Assembly: GCA_964016885.1 (NCBI GenBank)
Contig: OZ024747.1
Location: 21,328,001 to 21,392,000 of the forward strand
Length of the DNA stretch: 64,000 nucleotides
Reading direction: 5' to 3'
Origin: Eledone cirrhosa
Lineage: Eukaryota
In this document: positions 28,789 to 41,507 of the stretch, in pieces
How the letters are laid out: the number at the start of each line of letters is the position of its first letter
Numbering within the stretch: position 1 is the stretch's first letter
Notes under the pieces: model-generated
Told to the model about the DNA's origin: nothing
Databases searched by the model: none
What the model saw: the letters and a program-made list of their open reading frames with translations, nothing else
Position numbers and translations under genes: made by a program

Positions 28789-28990
28789 AACGAAGGAGTT
28801 GTGGTAAGGAACCAGATGGACCATAATGCACCAGAGTACTCAATATTTAGGGTAGTAGAGTGGATAATAGGAACATGTATGACCCCGACGGCAGAGCTCA
28901 AGCCGTTTCGACGGCTATTTCTGGACTGCTGTCCAGAAATAGCCGACGAAATGGATTGAGCTCTGCCGTCGGGGTCATACATTTTCCTAT
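28789..28990 (-). mobile_element. Penelope-type terminus with 124-bp fold-back palindrome containing an HHR 3' half
   Basis: Arms 28867-28926 and 28931-28990; minus GAAACGGC-loop-GCCGTC|GGGGTC; inside (TA)n; related copy at 49217. Confidence 0.75.
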
Positions 28991-29312
28991 ATATATATAT
29001 ATATATATATATAGGTATATTTATTTTCAATATAGATATACATTAACACTCATGTGTGTATGTGTGTGTGTGTGTGTGCGTGTGCACGTGTGTGTGTGTA
29101 GGGCCCCTCCCAATTCTCTTCATTTTTATATATACTTAACTGTGTAAATGTACAATGTATATTTACGTCTGTACACTTTGTGTGACACATATATACCTGT
29201 CAACATATTTTTATAAATAAATTCTCACCTTCATGAACACAAGCATATATACCGATATATCCTTGATAATCTACCAGCAGAGTAGCTATCTAACTACACA
29301 TACACACACATA

Positions 29313-29727
29313 TCATCATCATCATCGTTTTTACATCTGTTTTTCCAAGCTTGCATAGAGTTCAGCCATTATCAACATCATCCAGTTTTTGATTCTGCAG
29401 GACACAATTAATCCCTAAGAAGGACTGGGTCCTGCCTGACACTGCTCCTCTCAGCATCCCACTCCATGTGTTTCTGTCCGCCGGTCTCCCTTGGGCCATG
29501 CAAAGCCTTGCTTGATCCCGATTGACATCCTTCATCCAAGTCCTTTTTGGTCTTCCTGGGCCTCTACTGCCTCCTGGATCGACATTCATCACTTTGCTGG
29601 GCCAGCCCTCATTGCATTCGACATGGCCATACTTGCGCATGCATTTCATGTGAAGCACATCCTCAAGGTCATCGATCAGCAGTTTTTTCAGGAGCTCATT
29701 TGAGCTGACATCATCCTCAGTGATCAC
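29313..29727 (-). mobile_element. RTE LINE 3' end (ORF2 C-terminus plus tail)
   Basis: KYGHVE...GSRGPGRPKRTW..V..D...DRNTW, then tail ATGCAAGCTTGGAAAAACAGATGTAAAAACG(ATG)n. Confidence 0.85.
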
Positions 29728-31179
29728 ACTGCCAAAACTCTGTTATAAGGATGTCATCAAATGACTTTTCAATGAAACAGGGGAGAAGACAGCAACTGAC
29801 CACAAAAATGGATGAAAGCTGTAAAGAAAGGAATAAATATTATAGAATCAAACTGATCAGATCAACAATGAAAGAGAAGAAAGTGACAGAGATCTACCAC
29901 ACTAGAATTGTTAAATGTATTCTGCAATATCTATGGACATAGTTGTACTAGAGCTTTTGGTCTATAGTCTCTTGAAATGTTGAAGCATCCTTAATGGAGT
30001 TTCTTCATAGTCTAACTATAATAATTTGAAAAGAAAAATCTAACAGCAAGTCATACTCAATAACGAGTGATTGCTGAGAATATATACATATGTATATATA
30101 TTAGTGTATGTGTATGTGTTGGTGTGTAGATATACACACACACATATATATGTGTAAATAAATATATATATATATATATCACATACAAATAGTCAATTTT
30201 GTGTATTCCTTTTTTTCATTTTTCTCTCTTTGTGTCTCTACACATACACACACATACACACACACACACATACACCCACATACACCCTCACATACACCCA
30301 CACACACACATATATATATATTAATTATATACTTGGCCACACATCAGTTCAATCAGTCCTATGCATATAATATGTATCCATAATATATACACACTTATAC
30401 AATTCTCACTCTTGCTCGCTCACTCTTAATCTCACTCTCTCAGACACATACGCACACATACATATTTGTGTGTGCATGTGTGTGTAAGTGTATGTATATA
30501 TATATATATACTTTTTTTTTCTGTTTTGACCCATTCACTGTTTTGATGTCCATATGAAAATATTCTGTCATGACAGCTATTCTATTATTCTCTCATTCTA
30601 TTGAACTCAACTCTGAAATAAGCTTTTCATTCCTCTATCATCACCTCTGGAGAAATCATCAGAAATTCTTGCTTCCCTTCAGGGATTACATTCACTTACC
30701 AAAATATACAATTTTCAAATTTTTTTTTCTTTCCACTTTCATTTTTTTTCCATTACATTTATGTTTTTTTTTTAATATTTTCCTTTTTTTCTGCATTTTT
30801 CTGATTTTTTTTTTAAATATTTATTTTTGCTTTCATAAGATCAGTAAGCTGTCATAAATAAAAGATTATGCCAGACTAGATGCTGGACACCATAGACTTA
30901 CTGTATTTGTTTTATTTTTAACTTGCTGAGTTCTCAGTTCGAATTTTGCCAATGCAGGCTTCTCAACCTGTTGAAATTGAATAGAAAACAATATAATGAT
31001 GTGTCATCAATAGATTAGTTTTAAGCTATTCAAATTTGTTTAATATTTTAATGTATTGAGTAAAATAGTATTTAATCCATTGATAATGCTTAGTGGGGGA
31101 AATATATATTATATAAATATGTCTGTGGTAAATATGGGAGACAACTATTGACATGTTTTGGTATTATTATATCTCCTAA

Positions 31180-31570
31180 GGGCGGTGAATTAGCAGTATC
31201 GGTAGAGGGTTGGAAGCCATGCTTTCTAGCATAGTTATATCCCTTTATGGTCTGAGTTCAAATCCCGTCGAGGTTAACTTTGCCTTTCATCCTTATGGAG
31301 TCGATAAAATAAAGTACCAGTAATGTACTGGGTAATTGCTGGCCTTGTGCCAAAAGTAGAAACAATTATATCTTCTTAGGGTGGTGGATTGGCAGTATCG
31401 GTAGAAGGTCGGATGCCATGCTTTGACGCATAGAGATATGGCCCTTGCCATTCTGAGTTTAAATCCCGCTGAGGTTAACTTTGCCTTTCATCCTTATGGG
31501 GTCGATAAAATAAAGTACCAGTAATACACTGTGTAATTGCTGGCCTTGTGCCAAAAGTAGAAACAATTAT
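31180..31570 (+). mobile_element. Two tandem SINE family A copies
   Basis: Target-like ATTATATCT(C/T)CT(A/T)AG appears three times: before, between and after the copies. Confidence 0.9.
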
Positions 31571-31684
31571 ATCTCCTTAGCCAAAGAAATAATTCTCTGC
31601 TCTTTCTAGACTAGTGATAAAATAATCACTATAATAATGTACAATGAATTACACAATTGCATGTAAAATATTATCTTGACTGCA

Positions 31685-31850
31685 GTTAATATCTATCCCA
31701 CAGATAATAATTATCCCACAGCCAACATTTGTCCCACAGATAATATCCCTAAGATATTAGTTATCCCACAGTTACTATCTATCCCACAGATAATATCTAT
31801 CCCACAGTTACGATCTAGCCCACATTTAATATCTCCCCCTAGTTATTATC
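31685..31850. repeat. Degenerate ~18-19 bp minisatellite (ATCTATCCCACAGATAAT)
   Basis: Direct inspection. Confidence 0.7.
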
Positions 31851-31851
31851 T

Positions 31852-31962
31852 CCATTAGGTATCTACCATACTCTGAACGCCTTGCTTCCCTGGGCATGAA
31901 TACATTAAAGTTCCAACGTTTGGCAACTGTCTTGGTAGACATCCACAAGATTATTAACCATA
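31852..31962 (+). mobile_element. CR1-clade LINE ORF2 C-terminal fragment
   Basis: IRYLPYSERLASLGMNTLKFQRLATVLVDIHKIINH resembles the CR1 Y.ERL..L.L..L..RR...DL...YKI motif. Confidence 0.65.
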
Positions 31963-32324
31963 GACCTTTATCAGTCTCAACTGTGAGAGTTCCTGTTGTT
32001 TGATCAGCTGCACATAAAATTGATGTGCATGTAACTGAGCATTCCACAGACATATGCACAGTTAACATAAATCTCAGAGGGATTCAGTGTAATACACTGT
32101 GAGAATAACAAGACTGACCCTTTTAACTAAAGGCACAGTCAATCTGACAGGCTTCCAAACAGTTTCTGTCTACCCAATTTTACTCACAAGGCATGGGTCA
32201 AACTGAGGCTACAGAAAATGACACTTTTCCAACGTGCCATGCAGTAGGACTGACCTGATGGCCGTGAAGCAAACTTCTTGACCATTCAATCATGTTGTGT
32301 CCATGGCCATATATATATATATTG

Positions 32325-32530
32325 GTTTCTGATTTAGGCACAAGGCCAACAATTTTTGGGGTGGGGAAAGTCGATTAAATTGACTCCAGTGCATTACTGC
32401 TACTTTATTTTATCAACCCCGTAAGAATGAAAGCCAAAGCTAACCTCGGCAGGATTTGAACTCAGAAAGTAAAGGCGCATAATCTTATGCCATATAACAT
32501 CTTGTACGACACTCTACCAATACTGCCATG
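32325..32530 (-). mobile_element. SINE family A (long variant)
   Basis: Reverse complement of consensus. Confidence 0.8.
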
Positions 32531-33351
32531 ACTACTTTTCATACACACATACACACACACCCATACATACACACAAACACACTCATGCGCCCTCACAAAC
32601 ACACACATACTACTGGACTACACAATCCCTGATGTTTGATCAGGCAATAATGCAGAGTACCCTACCTCTTACATTAAGTTGTTCATACTCCAATTTTCAT
32701 AGTAGTGCAACAATTGGATATATTCAGATTTGACTAATGGATTCTTTTTCTCACAACTTCATCACAACTTAATATCAAAGCATTCCTTGTAGTGTTTTGA
32801 TGTTGTTGCTATATGTTTTCCAAATCTAGCATTGTGTGTTTTCATATGAATATTCACTTGAATACACTTGTTAATAATGAAACTGCCTTAATATTACTGG
32901 CAACTATGATGCAAAAGGAATAATATTTTTTTGCAATTTAACTTATAGAAAATATCTCTGTCTCTGTTTCTTCCTCACACACCTTCTCTCTTTCTTCTTC
33001 CCTCCCTCTCCTCTCTTTCTTTCTCTCTATTCTTTCGTCCCTCTTCTCTCCTTCTTTCTCTCTATTCTTCCCTCCCTCTCCTCTCTTTCTTTCTCTCTCT
33101 TCTTCCCTCCCTCTCCTCGTTTTCATTCTCATGTTCTCTCCTTCTCACTGTTCTCTCTTCTTTCCCACTCTAGATCCCTCTACTTTCTACTTTCTTTCTC
33201 TCACTCTCTATGTTCTCATATGTATTTAGCACTTCATATGCATTGTACAGTGCACCGAGCTGCAAGTTTATACTGATAGCTGCTTACGTCAAAGAAGAAA
33301 TCTATGTGATAATGATGTCTCAACAATTATACATACATACACATATACATA

Positions 33352-33397
<46 letters not shown>

Positions 33398-33483
33398 CAT
33401 ATATATATATTTACATATATGCATATATATATATATATATATATTTACATATATGCATATATATATATATATATTTACATATA

Positions 33484-33537
<54 letters not shown>

Positions 33538-33593
33538 CATATATGCATATATATATATATATACATATATATATACATATATATATATATATG

Positions 33594-33648
<55 letters not shown>

Positions 33649-33755
33649 ATATATATAATATATATATAATCACAGATTACCACTTCCTCCCTGTTCAAAA
33701 GATTAACAATGATAACTAAATAATTGTAATGATGATGGTGATGATGATGATGATG

Positions 33756-33798
<43 letters not shown>

Positions 33799-34104
33799 TA
33801 TCAATAAGAATAATAATAATAATGATATCAATAAGAATAATAATAATACTCCAGTAACATTTATTCACAAAGCTAATTCATATTTGAACTTAATTGATTT
33901 TCCCCCATGTCTTCTATTTCAACATATTTAAGATTCATTCCACAATCTTTGTAATTTTTCCCAGTACAGATTCCTGATAGAACTTTCTAGATATATACAT
34001 ATGTCACTTGATTGATTATTTTCTCTGAATAGGTGCATTTCTCATTAAAACTTTTATATATCAAAGTCAATATTTCCTATGGAAATCCTTGACATTCTCT
34101 TTCC

Positions 34105-34179
<75 letters not shown>

Positions 34180-34204
34180 TGTAATAAACAACATAAGATA
34201 ATTA

Positions 34205-34264
34205 TTTCATTTACCAGTGGTTTCTTGAAAGCAAACAAATCTGCTTTCAGTCATCAGAATGAAA
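34205..34264 (-). ncRNA. Type I hammerhead ribozyme within Penelope-type terminus 34174-34275
   Basis: Stem I UUUCAUU/AAUGAAA, CUGAUGA, stem II UGAAAGCA/UGCUUUCA, GAAA, stem III ACC/GGU, cleavage triplet GUA. Confidence 0.8.
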
Positions 34265-34299
34265 AAATCCTGGTGTTTTTATTGAATGTGGATATATAT

Positions 34300-34612
34300 A
34301 TCATCATCATCATCATCATCATCATCATTTTACGTCCGTTTTTCCCTGCTTGCAAGGGTGGGATGGGAACTGATTCTGGCTTGATTTCTACAGCTGGATG
34401 CCCTTCCTAACACCAACCTTATTTACAGTGAGTGCTGGGTGCTTTTTTGCCATGGCACGACCACTTTGCAGTGGAATCTCATTTCTACAGCTGAGTAAAG
34501 TGGAGCAATGTGAAATAAAGTGTCTTGCTCAAGGAAACAACACATCACCCGGTCTGAGAATTGAACTCACAACCTTTTCGATTGCAAGGCCAATGCTCTA
34601 ACAACTAAGCCA
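34300..34612 (-). mobile_element. SINE family B, internally deleted
   Basis: Same head and tail as 2198-2609. Confidence 0.8.
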
Positions 34613-34625
34613 TATATATATATAT

Positions 34626-34660
<35 letters not shown>

Positions 34661-34769
34661 AACATATATACAAATATATATATATACGTTATTCCGGGTT
34701 GAATCGGAGGTAACCACAGTAAGTAAGGTACTCAATACATTGCAGAGTATAAAAGTTTTAATATAGATG

Positions 34770-34820
34770 AGATTCTACAGGACTAGAACTGTTTCATTCG
34801 TTAGAAATCATCAGGAATCT
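34770..34820 (-). ncRNA. Type I hammerhead ribozyme in a second Penelope-type terminus (~34688-34920)
   Basis: AGAUUC-CUGAUGA-UUUC UAAC GAAU-GAAACAG UUCUAGUC CUGUA|GAAUCU. Confidence 0.75.
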
Positions 34821-35058
34821 GGGTATCAAAAAATAAATATGGTATTTATAGGTCTCTTCGGGTGGTAGGAGAGGGTAGGGAGTGGGATGGGTAGAGGTCA
34901 TTGGTTGATAGAAAAGGGAATTCATTAAAAGCTAATTCTTTAAAGCTATAATTTATATTTATATATATATATATATATAAAGGACGTAAAATAAGAAAAT
35001 ATTTTTTTTTTTAAAAAAAAAATTTTTTCAAAAATTTTTTTTACTTACTTAAATTTTC

Positions 35059-35140
35059 ACTCCAACTAATTAGTTTCTGCAATGGGATAAAGACAGTTAC
35101 GTAATCCAACTGTCGAGAATTCATTGCGTCATCAGGGAGT
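35059..35140 (-). ncRNA. Type I hammerhead ribozyme, tandem unit 1
   Basis: ACUCC-CUGAUGA-CGCAAUG..(GACAGUU/AACUGUC hairpin)..CAUUGCA-GAAAC UAAUUA GUU|GGAGU. Confidence 0.8.
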
Positions 35141-35626
35141 CTATTCTCAGTTAAGTCTCCAGGCAATGCGCGGACACTGGCGGCTCATATAAAAATAATA
35201 ATAATTCGGTAGATCGAACAGCTTGCGAGGACTGGATTCTATGTGCCGAAATTCTCACTGCTTCAAGTCAAATGGCCGATTCTAAAGAATCAATCACGTG
35301 ACACAGAGGCTAGTTAGAAGGAATGGGATGGTAAGATGACTGACGCCTACTAACACCCCAAAAAAAATTTTTTTTTTAGAAGTGGTTTTGACAAGTTTGC
35401 TCGACAAATCAGTGATTTGGAGATAAATATAGATAATTTAATATATCAACTAACAAAAGCGCACAGATGCACGCCCATGCCAGCAAATACACAGGTTATG
35501 TCATAGTACCTAGGTGGTTCAATGCAGGAGAATGCAGAACAATAATATAAAGGACGTAAAATAAGAAAATATTTAAAAAAAAAAAAAAAATTATTTCAAA
35601 AATTTTTTTTACTTACTTAAATTTTC

Positions 35627-35708
35627 ACTCCAACTAATTAGTTTCTGCAATGGGATAAAGACAGTTACGTAATCCAACTGTCGAGAATTCATTGCGTCAT
35701 CAGGGAGT
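35627..35708 (-). ncRNA. Type I hammerhead ribozyme, tandem unit 2
   Basis: Identical to 35059-35140, offset by 568 bp. Confidence 0.8.
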
Positions 35709-36359
35709 CTATTCTCAGTTAAGTCTCCAGGCAATGCGCGGACACTGGCGGCTCATATAAAAATAATAATAATTCGGTAGATCGAACAGCTTGCGAGGAC
35801 TGGATTCTATGTGCCGAAATTCTCACTGCTTCAAGTCAAATGGCCGATTCTAAAGAATCAATCACGTGACACAGAGGCTAGTTAGAAGGAATGGGATGGT
35901 AAGATGACTGACGCCTACTAACACCCCAAAAAAAATTTTTTTTTTAGAAGTGGTTTTGACAAGTTTGCTCGACAAATCAGTGATTTGGAGATAAATATAG
36001 ATAATTTAATATATCAACTAACAAAAGCGCACAGATGCACGCCCATGCCAGCAAATACACAGGTTATGTCATAGTACCTAGGTGGTTCAATGCAGGAGAA
36101 TGCAGAACAATAATATAAAGGACGTAAAATAAGAAAATATTTTTTTTTTTTTTTTTTTAAATTTTTTCAAAAATTTTTTTTTATATATATATATATATAT
36201 ACAAATATATATATATATATATAATATAGTAATAATAAAATTTGAAGACTAAAATCCAAAGAGGGCTTGATAAGGATAAATATATATACATATATATATG
36301 CTCTCCACACACCACTTTCTCTCTACTCCCTCCCATACACTCTCGCTCCATGCCTCACA

Positions 36360-36436
<77 letters not shown>

Positions 36437-36716
36437 ACACACTCTATTTCTCTCTCTCTCTCTTTGTACTGTCTGGAGTTATTTATTTTCATTTCATAAG
36501 TCGTTATGAAATCAAAATATATAACTTTGCTCTTATTTCTAGAAAACAGCTATTTATCATTATTGTTGTTGATATAATCATCATCGTCATCATCAACAAC
36601 AACAATACCAACAACAATAATAATGATAGTTTCTTTATTTGCCACAAGGGTTATGGTAAATAAATGAGTTTTTTGTTGTTATTTTTTTTTTTTGTTAATC
36701 CCAAGAATAATAATAA

Positions 36717-36905
36717 TTATTTCTACTTTTGGCACAAGGCCAGCAATTACCCAGTGCATTACTGGTACTTTATTTTATCGAGCCCGTAAGGATAAATGGC
36801 AAAGTTAACCTCGGCGGGATTTGAACTCAGAATGACAAGGGCCATAACTCTATGTGCCAAAGCATGGTGTCCAACCCTCTACCGATACTGCCAATCCACT
36901 GCCCC
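36717..36905 (-). mobile_element. SINE family A
   Basis: Consensus match; CCAAGAATAA.AATAAT flanking duplication. Confidence 0.85.
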
Positions 36906-37798
36906 AAGAATAAGAATAATGGTAGTAGCTCTTTTTGGATCTCCATCACTTCCAGTTGTTTCCCTCAAGAGAACAGCTTGCTCATGATATTAATGTGTAG
37001 GTGGCTGAGTATTCCACAGACAAGTGTATGCTATATATAGTTCTCAATGTGATTCACCATGACACAGAGTAAGACAAGGCTGGCCAATTAAATTAAAGGT
37101 AGAACCTATTTTTGCCAGCTAAAGGAGACAAAGTGTTGTTTTCTCTTAATCTAGTATATGTCATTTCCATGCTCACTCTTGGTCATACACCAGCTTTAAC
37201 TATCAACAGGAATGTTCTGTTAAAAGGGCAGTTTACTATGTTGTACTGTATTTCTACAGTTGTGTTAAGATTGAAGTGGTTTTGTAATGTTGCTAGAATT
37301 TGTCTTGTATTTGAAGAATTGTAAGTAAAATGTTATCCACAAAAATATAGAATCTAATTAAATATTTTCTGGTATTCATATGTAGCAAGGAAATGTATGC
37401 TTATTAATTATTAGAAATCTCTTGGCTCTGTTTTTAAATATGTTTTTGCTACGCAGAGGTATACACCATAATATTTTCCTGTTCCTATATTTAGAATGTA
37501 TAGTAAGGGTTGTTCTATGTATTTCAGTTTAAGTACTTCTTATTACCATGTAGTGCTGCTTTATTATATATGTCTATATCTTGAAATTAAATAACAACAA
37601 ATCTATTACAATAAAACTGCCATAAAGCTGCAATTAAATAGTTTAACAACATAGCAAACAAATTCAGCTGCAAATGCACCCATTGTAACATTTGCAGAAT
37701 ACTACCCATCTATTTTTAAAAGTCTTTTCTTAAAAAAATCACAACAAAGATCCTAACCAATGTTCTGATATTAGTATAAAAACAAATGCAAGAAAGTG

Positions 37799-37965
37799 CC
37801 GTATTTCCCAGTGTCAAAGACACTACTTTTTTCCTAAAATAAATCTCAAAAATCTACCATATGTCCTGGAGCCCAAAGATTGTTTAATATTTTTTTTCAA
37901 ATTTTCGGTTGTCAAAATTAGGGTGCATCCTCGAGGTTGAAGCATCTTCGGCGCCAGGAAATATT
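37799..37965. mobile_element. Degenerate TIR MITE (Tc1/pogo-like)
   Basis: CCGTATTTCCCAGTGT ... AAAATTAGGGTGCATC ... GGCGCCAGGAAATA imperfect TIRs. Confidence 0.45.
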
Positions 37966-38097
37966 ACACACTAAAATATAGAATAAAATCCACTAAAACT
38001 TGACTGTACAGAGATAATGGGCTAACCACATCTCAAAATATGAACAGACATAGCATACAAATATTTAGAAAACACTTATTAGTGTATTGAAAGAGCT

Positions 38098-38545
38098 CAA
38101 CCTAAACCCAAGCTTACAAAATAGTAAATATTCTTAATATATACTAAACCTAAACCCAAGCTTACAAAATAGTAAATATTCTTAATATATACTAAACCTA
38201 AACCCAAACCTACAAAATAGTAAATATTCTTAATATATACTAAACCTAAACCCAAGCTTACAAAATAGTAAATATTCTTAATATATACTAAACCTAAACC
38301 CAAACCTACAAAATAGTAAATATTCTTAATATATACTAAACCTAAACCCAAACCTACAAAATAATAAATATTCTTAATATATACTAAACTTAAACCCAAA
38401 CCTACAAAATAGTAAATATTCTTAATATATACTAAACCTAAACCCAAGCCTACAAAATAGTAAATATTCTTAATATATACTAAACCTAAATACAAGGCTA
38501 CAAACTAGTAAATATTCTTAATATATACTAAACCTAAACCCAAAC
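38098..38545. repeat. 48-bp minisatellite, ~9 copies
   Basis: Unit AAACCTAAACCCAA(G/A)C(T/C)TACAAAATAGTAAATATTCTTAATATATACT; 16-aa periodicity in ORF 38097-38495. Confidence 0.95.
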
Positions 38546-38759
38546 AAATACTATTCTTATTGAAAACCAAACTAAAAAAAAGTATATACCAATAAATACT
38601 ATAAACATTGATTCATCAATTATAAAATATATTATAGATACTATTAGTAGATAAATATCAAATTTATCATAAGCGAAGGATATGTTTAATGTATGAGGTA
38701 AGAGAGCCTTAGCAAGAAGAGATTTCAACTAAAAACTAAACTGCGTAGAACAAGCTATA

Positions 38760-39380
38760 CTAAAAGGCTCTAAACAGAGAAACGGGAAAATAAAAAGTTA
38801 TAGACTTCCATATAGCTGAACTGTATCTACAAATATAAGGTACTTCTTCCTAATGATATCACAAGCTATTGAATAGAAATTTAATAAAACCAGCTATAGT
38901 TGTTTGAATATCAAGTATTCATAAATCTTCAATAATAGCCCATACCCAACAACATTACATATTCACTTCAATCTGAATGCAGATGAAGAAATGCAATAAA
39001 TTACACCCTTAACAGGAAATGCCAGTTAAAAATGCTTGTGTATGAAGCTGACGTAAGATTAACACATGCTATGAAAATGGTATATTTTGTGTTACTAAAA
39101 AGCACCTTCAAAAACAATACCGACACCATATCCATTTATTTAATATAGGAACAAAAACAACTCTACTTCATTATCATAACACATATGATGCATCAAAGAC
39201 AGAAGGAAAGGATTTCACTATAAAATGGAGCATCAGTGAGAAAGCAAGACCACAAAATGGATGTTGCAACAGTTCAAAATTATGCTTAACCAAAAAAGCT
39301 TTAAAAAATAAATGCATTAGCTGATACGTTTTTTAAGAGATCCAAGACCTTTTCTAGATGTTTGCACAGAAAAATATTTT
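38760..39380 (+). pseudogene. Highly degenerate Penelope-like GIY-YIG region
   Basis: Frameshifted remnants YHKLLNRNLIK.SYSCL, PLNRKCQLKMLVYEADV, DFTIKWSISEKARP..CCNSSKLCLT, parallel to the 21413-22110 protein. Confidence 0.65.
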
Positions 39381-39702
39381 AACCTGTTCCTGTGTCAAAC
39401 ATATTTGAAAAATTCGAAATTGATATCCATAATTTTGCCTAAAAAAAGAGTTGCCCACCTTAAAAAGAAAGACAAATTGATTTAGAATTATTTCCCCTGA
39501 CAATTATTAACAATTTTCTCCTACAATAAAGAACTATCCCATTAAATTCATATACAGAAAACACATGATCTAAGTTAGCCTTGTTATAGCACCATCTTAG
39601 ATATTTTTAAAATATCCAAAAAATTCAATCCAGAAATATCTTATCATTGCTTGATGAAACTTTGAATTAACTATGAATGAGGTGTTGTGTATATTTTCTC
39701 TT

Positions 39703-39744
<42 letters not shown>

Positions 39745-39925
39745 CAGTCTGTGGCATTAAGAAGGGCATCAAGCTGTAGAAACCAAGCCAGAATTAGTCC
39801 TGTATGAACAAGATAGGGTCACCTTACCTAGCATTGCCCACAACAGGACAACCCATCTAACCCAAGCTAGCATGGAAAATGGATGTAAGACGGAGGTGAT
39901 GATGATTATATGTATATACACACAA

Positions 39926-40010
<85 letters not shown>

Positions 40011-40255
40011 GCGTTGGTACCACAAAACATCCAGCCCACACTGTAAAGTGGTCGTGTAAAAGACACAGTGAAAAGCACCCAGCACACTCTGTAAATGTGG
40101 TTGGTGCTAGGAAGGACATCCAGCCATAGAAAACCAGCCAGAAACTGTCCTATATGAGCGAGACACGGTCATCCAACCCAACTTGCCTCTAAATGGGACA
40201 AACCCGTCTAACCCATGCTAGCGTAGAAGATGGCCGTTAAACGATGATGATGATG
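39745..40255 (+). mobile_element. Two SINE family B 3' fragments separated by (TG)n
   Basis: Family B body and tail twice. Confidence 0.75.
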
Positions 40256-40685
40256 TATATATATATATATACAGAGAGAGAGACAACGGAACAGATTGAC
40301 AGACAAAATAACTAACTGGTTAGTTAATACCTCTCCCTTGCATTGTTATCTTTATATTCTGGAATAGAAAAAGAAAACCTTCTTACCCCCATGACTGCTT
40401 AATATAGTTGAAGGAAGGTGTGAAGATAAACAAACAGATGTTAGTTCCTAGTGATAGAAGGGAATCCAGAAACACATCCTTTAGCAATGCAACAAGGCTT
40501 TTGTCTGTGTGTGTGTGTGTGCGTGTATGTGTGTGCGCCCCAGTCTATATTTATCTTTGTTGGCACTCCATTTTCTTTTTTTACTGTACTTTTTTTTTCT
40601 CTTCTAATGACATATAAATTTCTTATTCACTCTCTTTCTCTCGGTTTCTCTTACTCTTTTTCTCTCCCCCACCCCGTCTCTCTCC

Positions 40686-40718
<33 letters not shown>

Positions 40719-41339
40719 CACACACTTATGTAAAAGTCAATCTCATGTAAAAATCAACCCAAGTACTTCTCAGACAAAATATCAACATTTGTGAATCAAG
40801 GTATAATCCTAAACATAAAACTTATGATGAGGAAATTAATTCTTCGTTACTACTTTGTTCTGATGCACACATCAAACACACCTCCTACTAAATACTTCAC
40901 TGAGAATTAATAAATAAACCTGCAACACTATACTGGCAGTTACACTCTATACAGGCTTGTATTGTCTAGATAAATCATTGCTCTTTAATTTAGTGGTGGT
41001 ATGTATTTCTTAGGAAATATTTATTTATGTTTTGTCTATTTGCTGGTCATGTAAACAGACATGGATAGTAATGTAGCTATGTTGAAATTCAAGGACGACC
41101 CAATAGTCAGATCAGACCAAGGAAACAATGTTTCCGTTGGTGATAGTATCTGCCAAGTGCAACTGAAGAGGAGCAGTCTGAAATAAAATATTTTGCTCAA
41201 GATCACAAGACGCCATCCAGTCTGGGAATCAAACCCATGCTTTTATAATTGTCCAACACCCTAACTATTTGACAATGTGCCAAAACTCTTTAGGAATATA
41301 ACATTACTGTTTTAGTATACAACACCACCATTTCATATA

Positions 41340-41507
41340 TGGGTGAAATTCCGTTATAACGAATACCATTATAACAAATTTTTCAGTATAACAAACATTT
41401 TTTTTAATCTCCAAGGTAATAACAAACAAATCTCATTATAAAGAATTTTTCGTTACAACGAATTTTTTTATACTCCTTGAATTTCGATATAACAGAATTT
41501 CACTGTA
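41340..41507. mobile_element. Tigger/pogo-like MITE
   Basis: GTGAAATTCCGTTATAACGAA ... TTCGATATAACAGAATTTCACTGTA TIRs with internal TTATAACGAA subrepeats. Confidence 0.75.

Larger units (their letters stand above)
34975..36182 (-). repeat. Tandem ~568-570 bp unit, 2.1 copies, one HHR per unit
   Basis: AGGACGTAAAATAAG recurs at 34981, 35551 and 36119; units look identical apart from homopolymer runs; flanked by (TA)n. Confidence 0.9.

Noticed and set aside
38098-38545. CRISPR-like regular repeat
   Set aside because: No unique spacers, eukaryotic context, no cas genes
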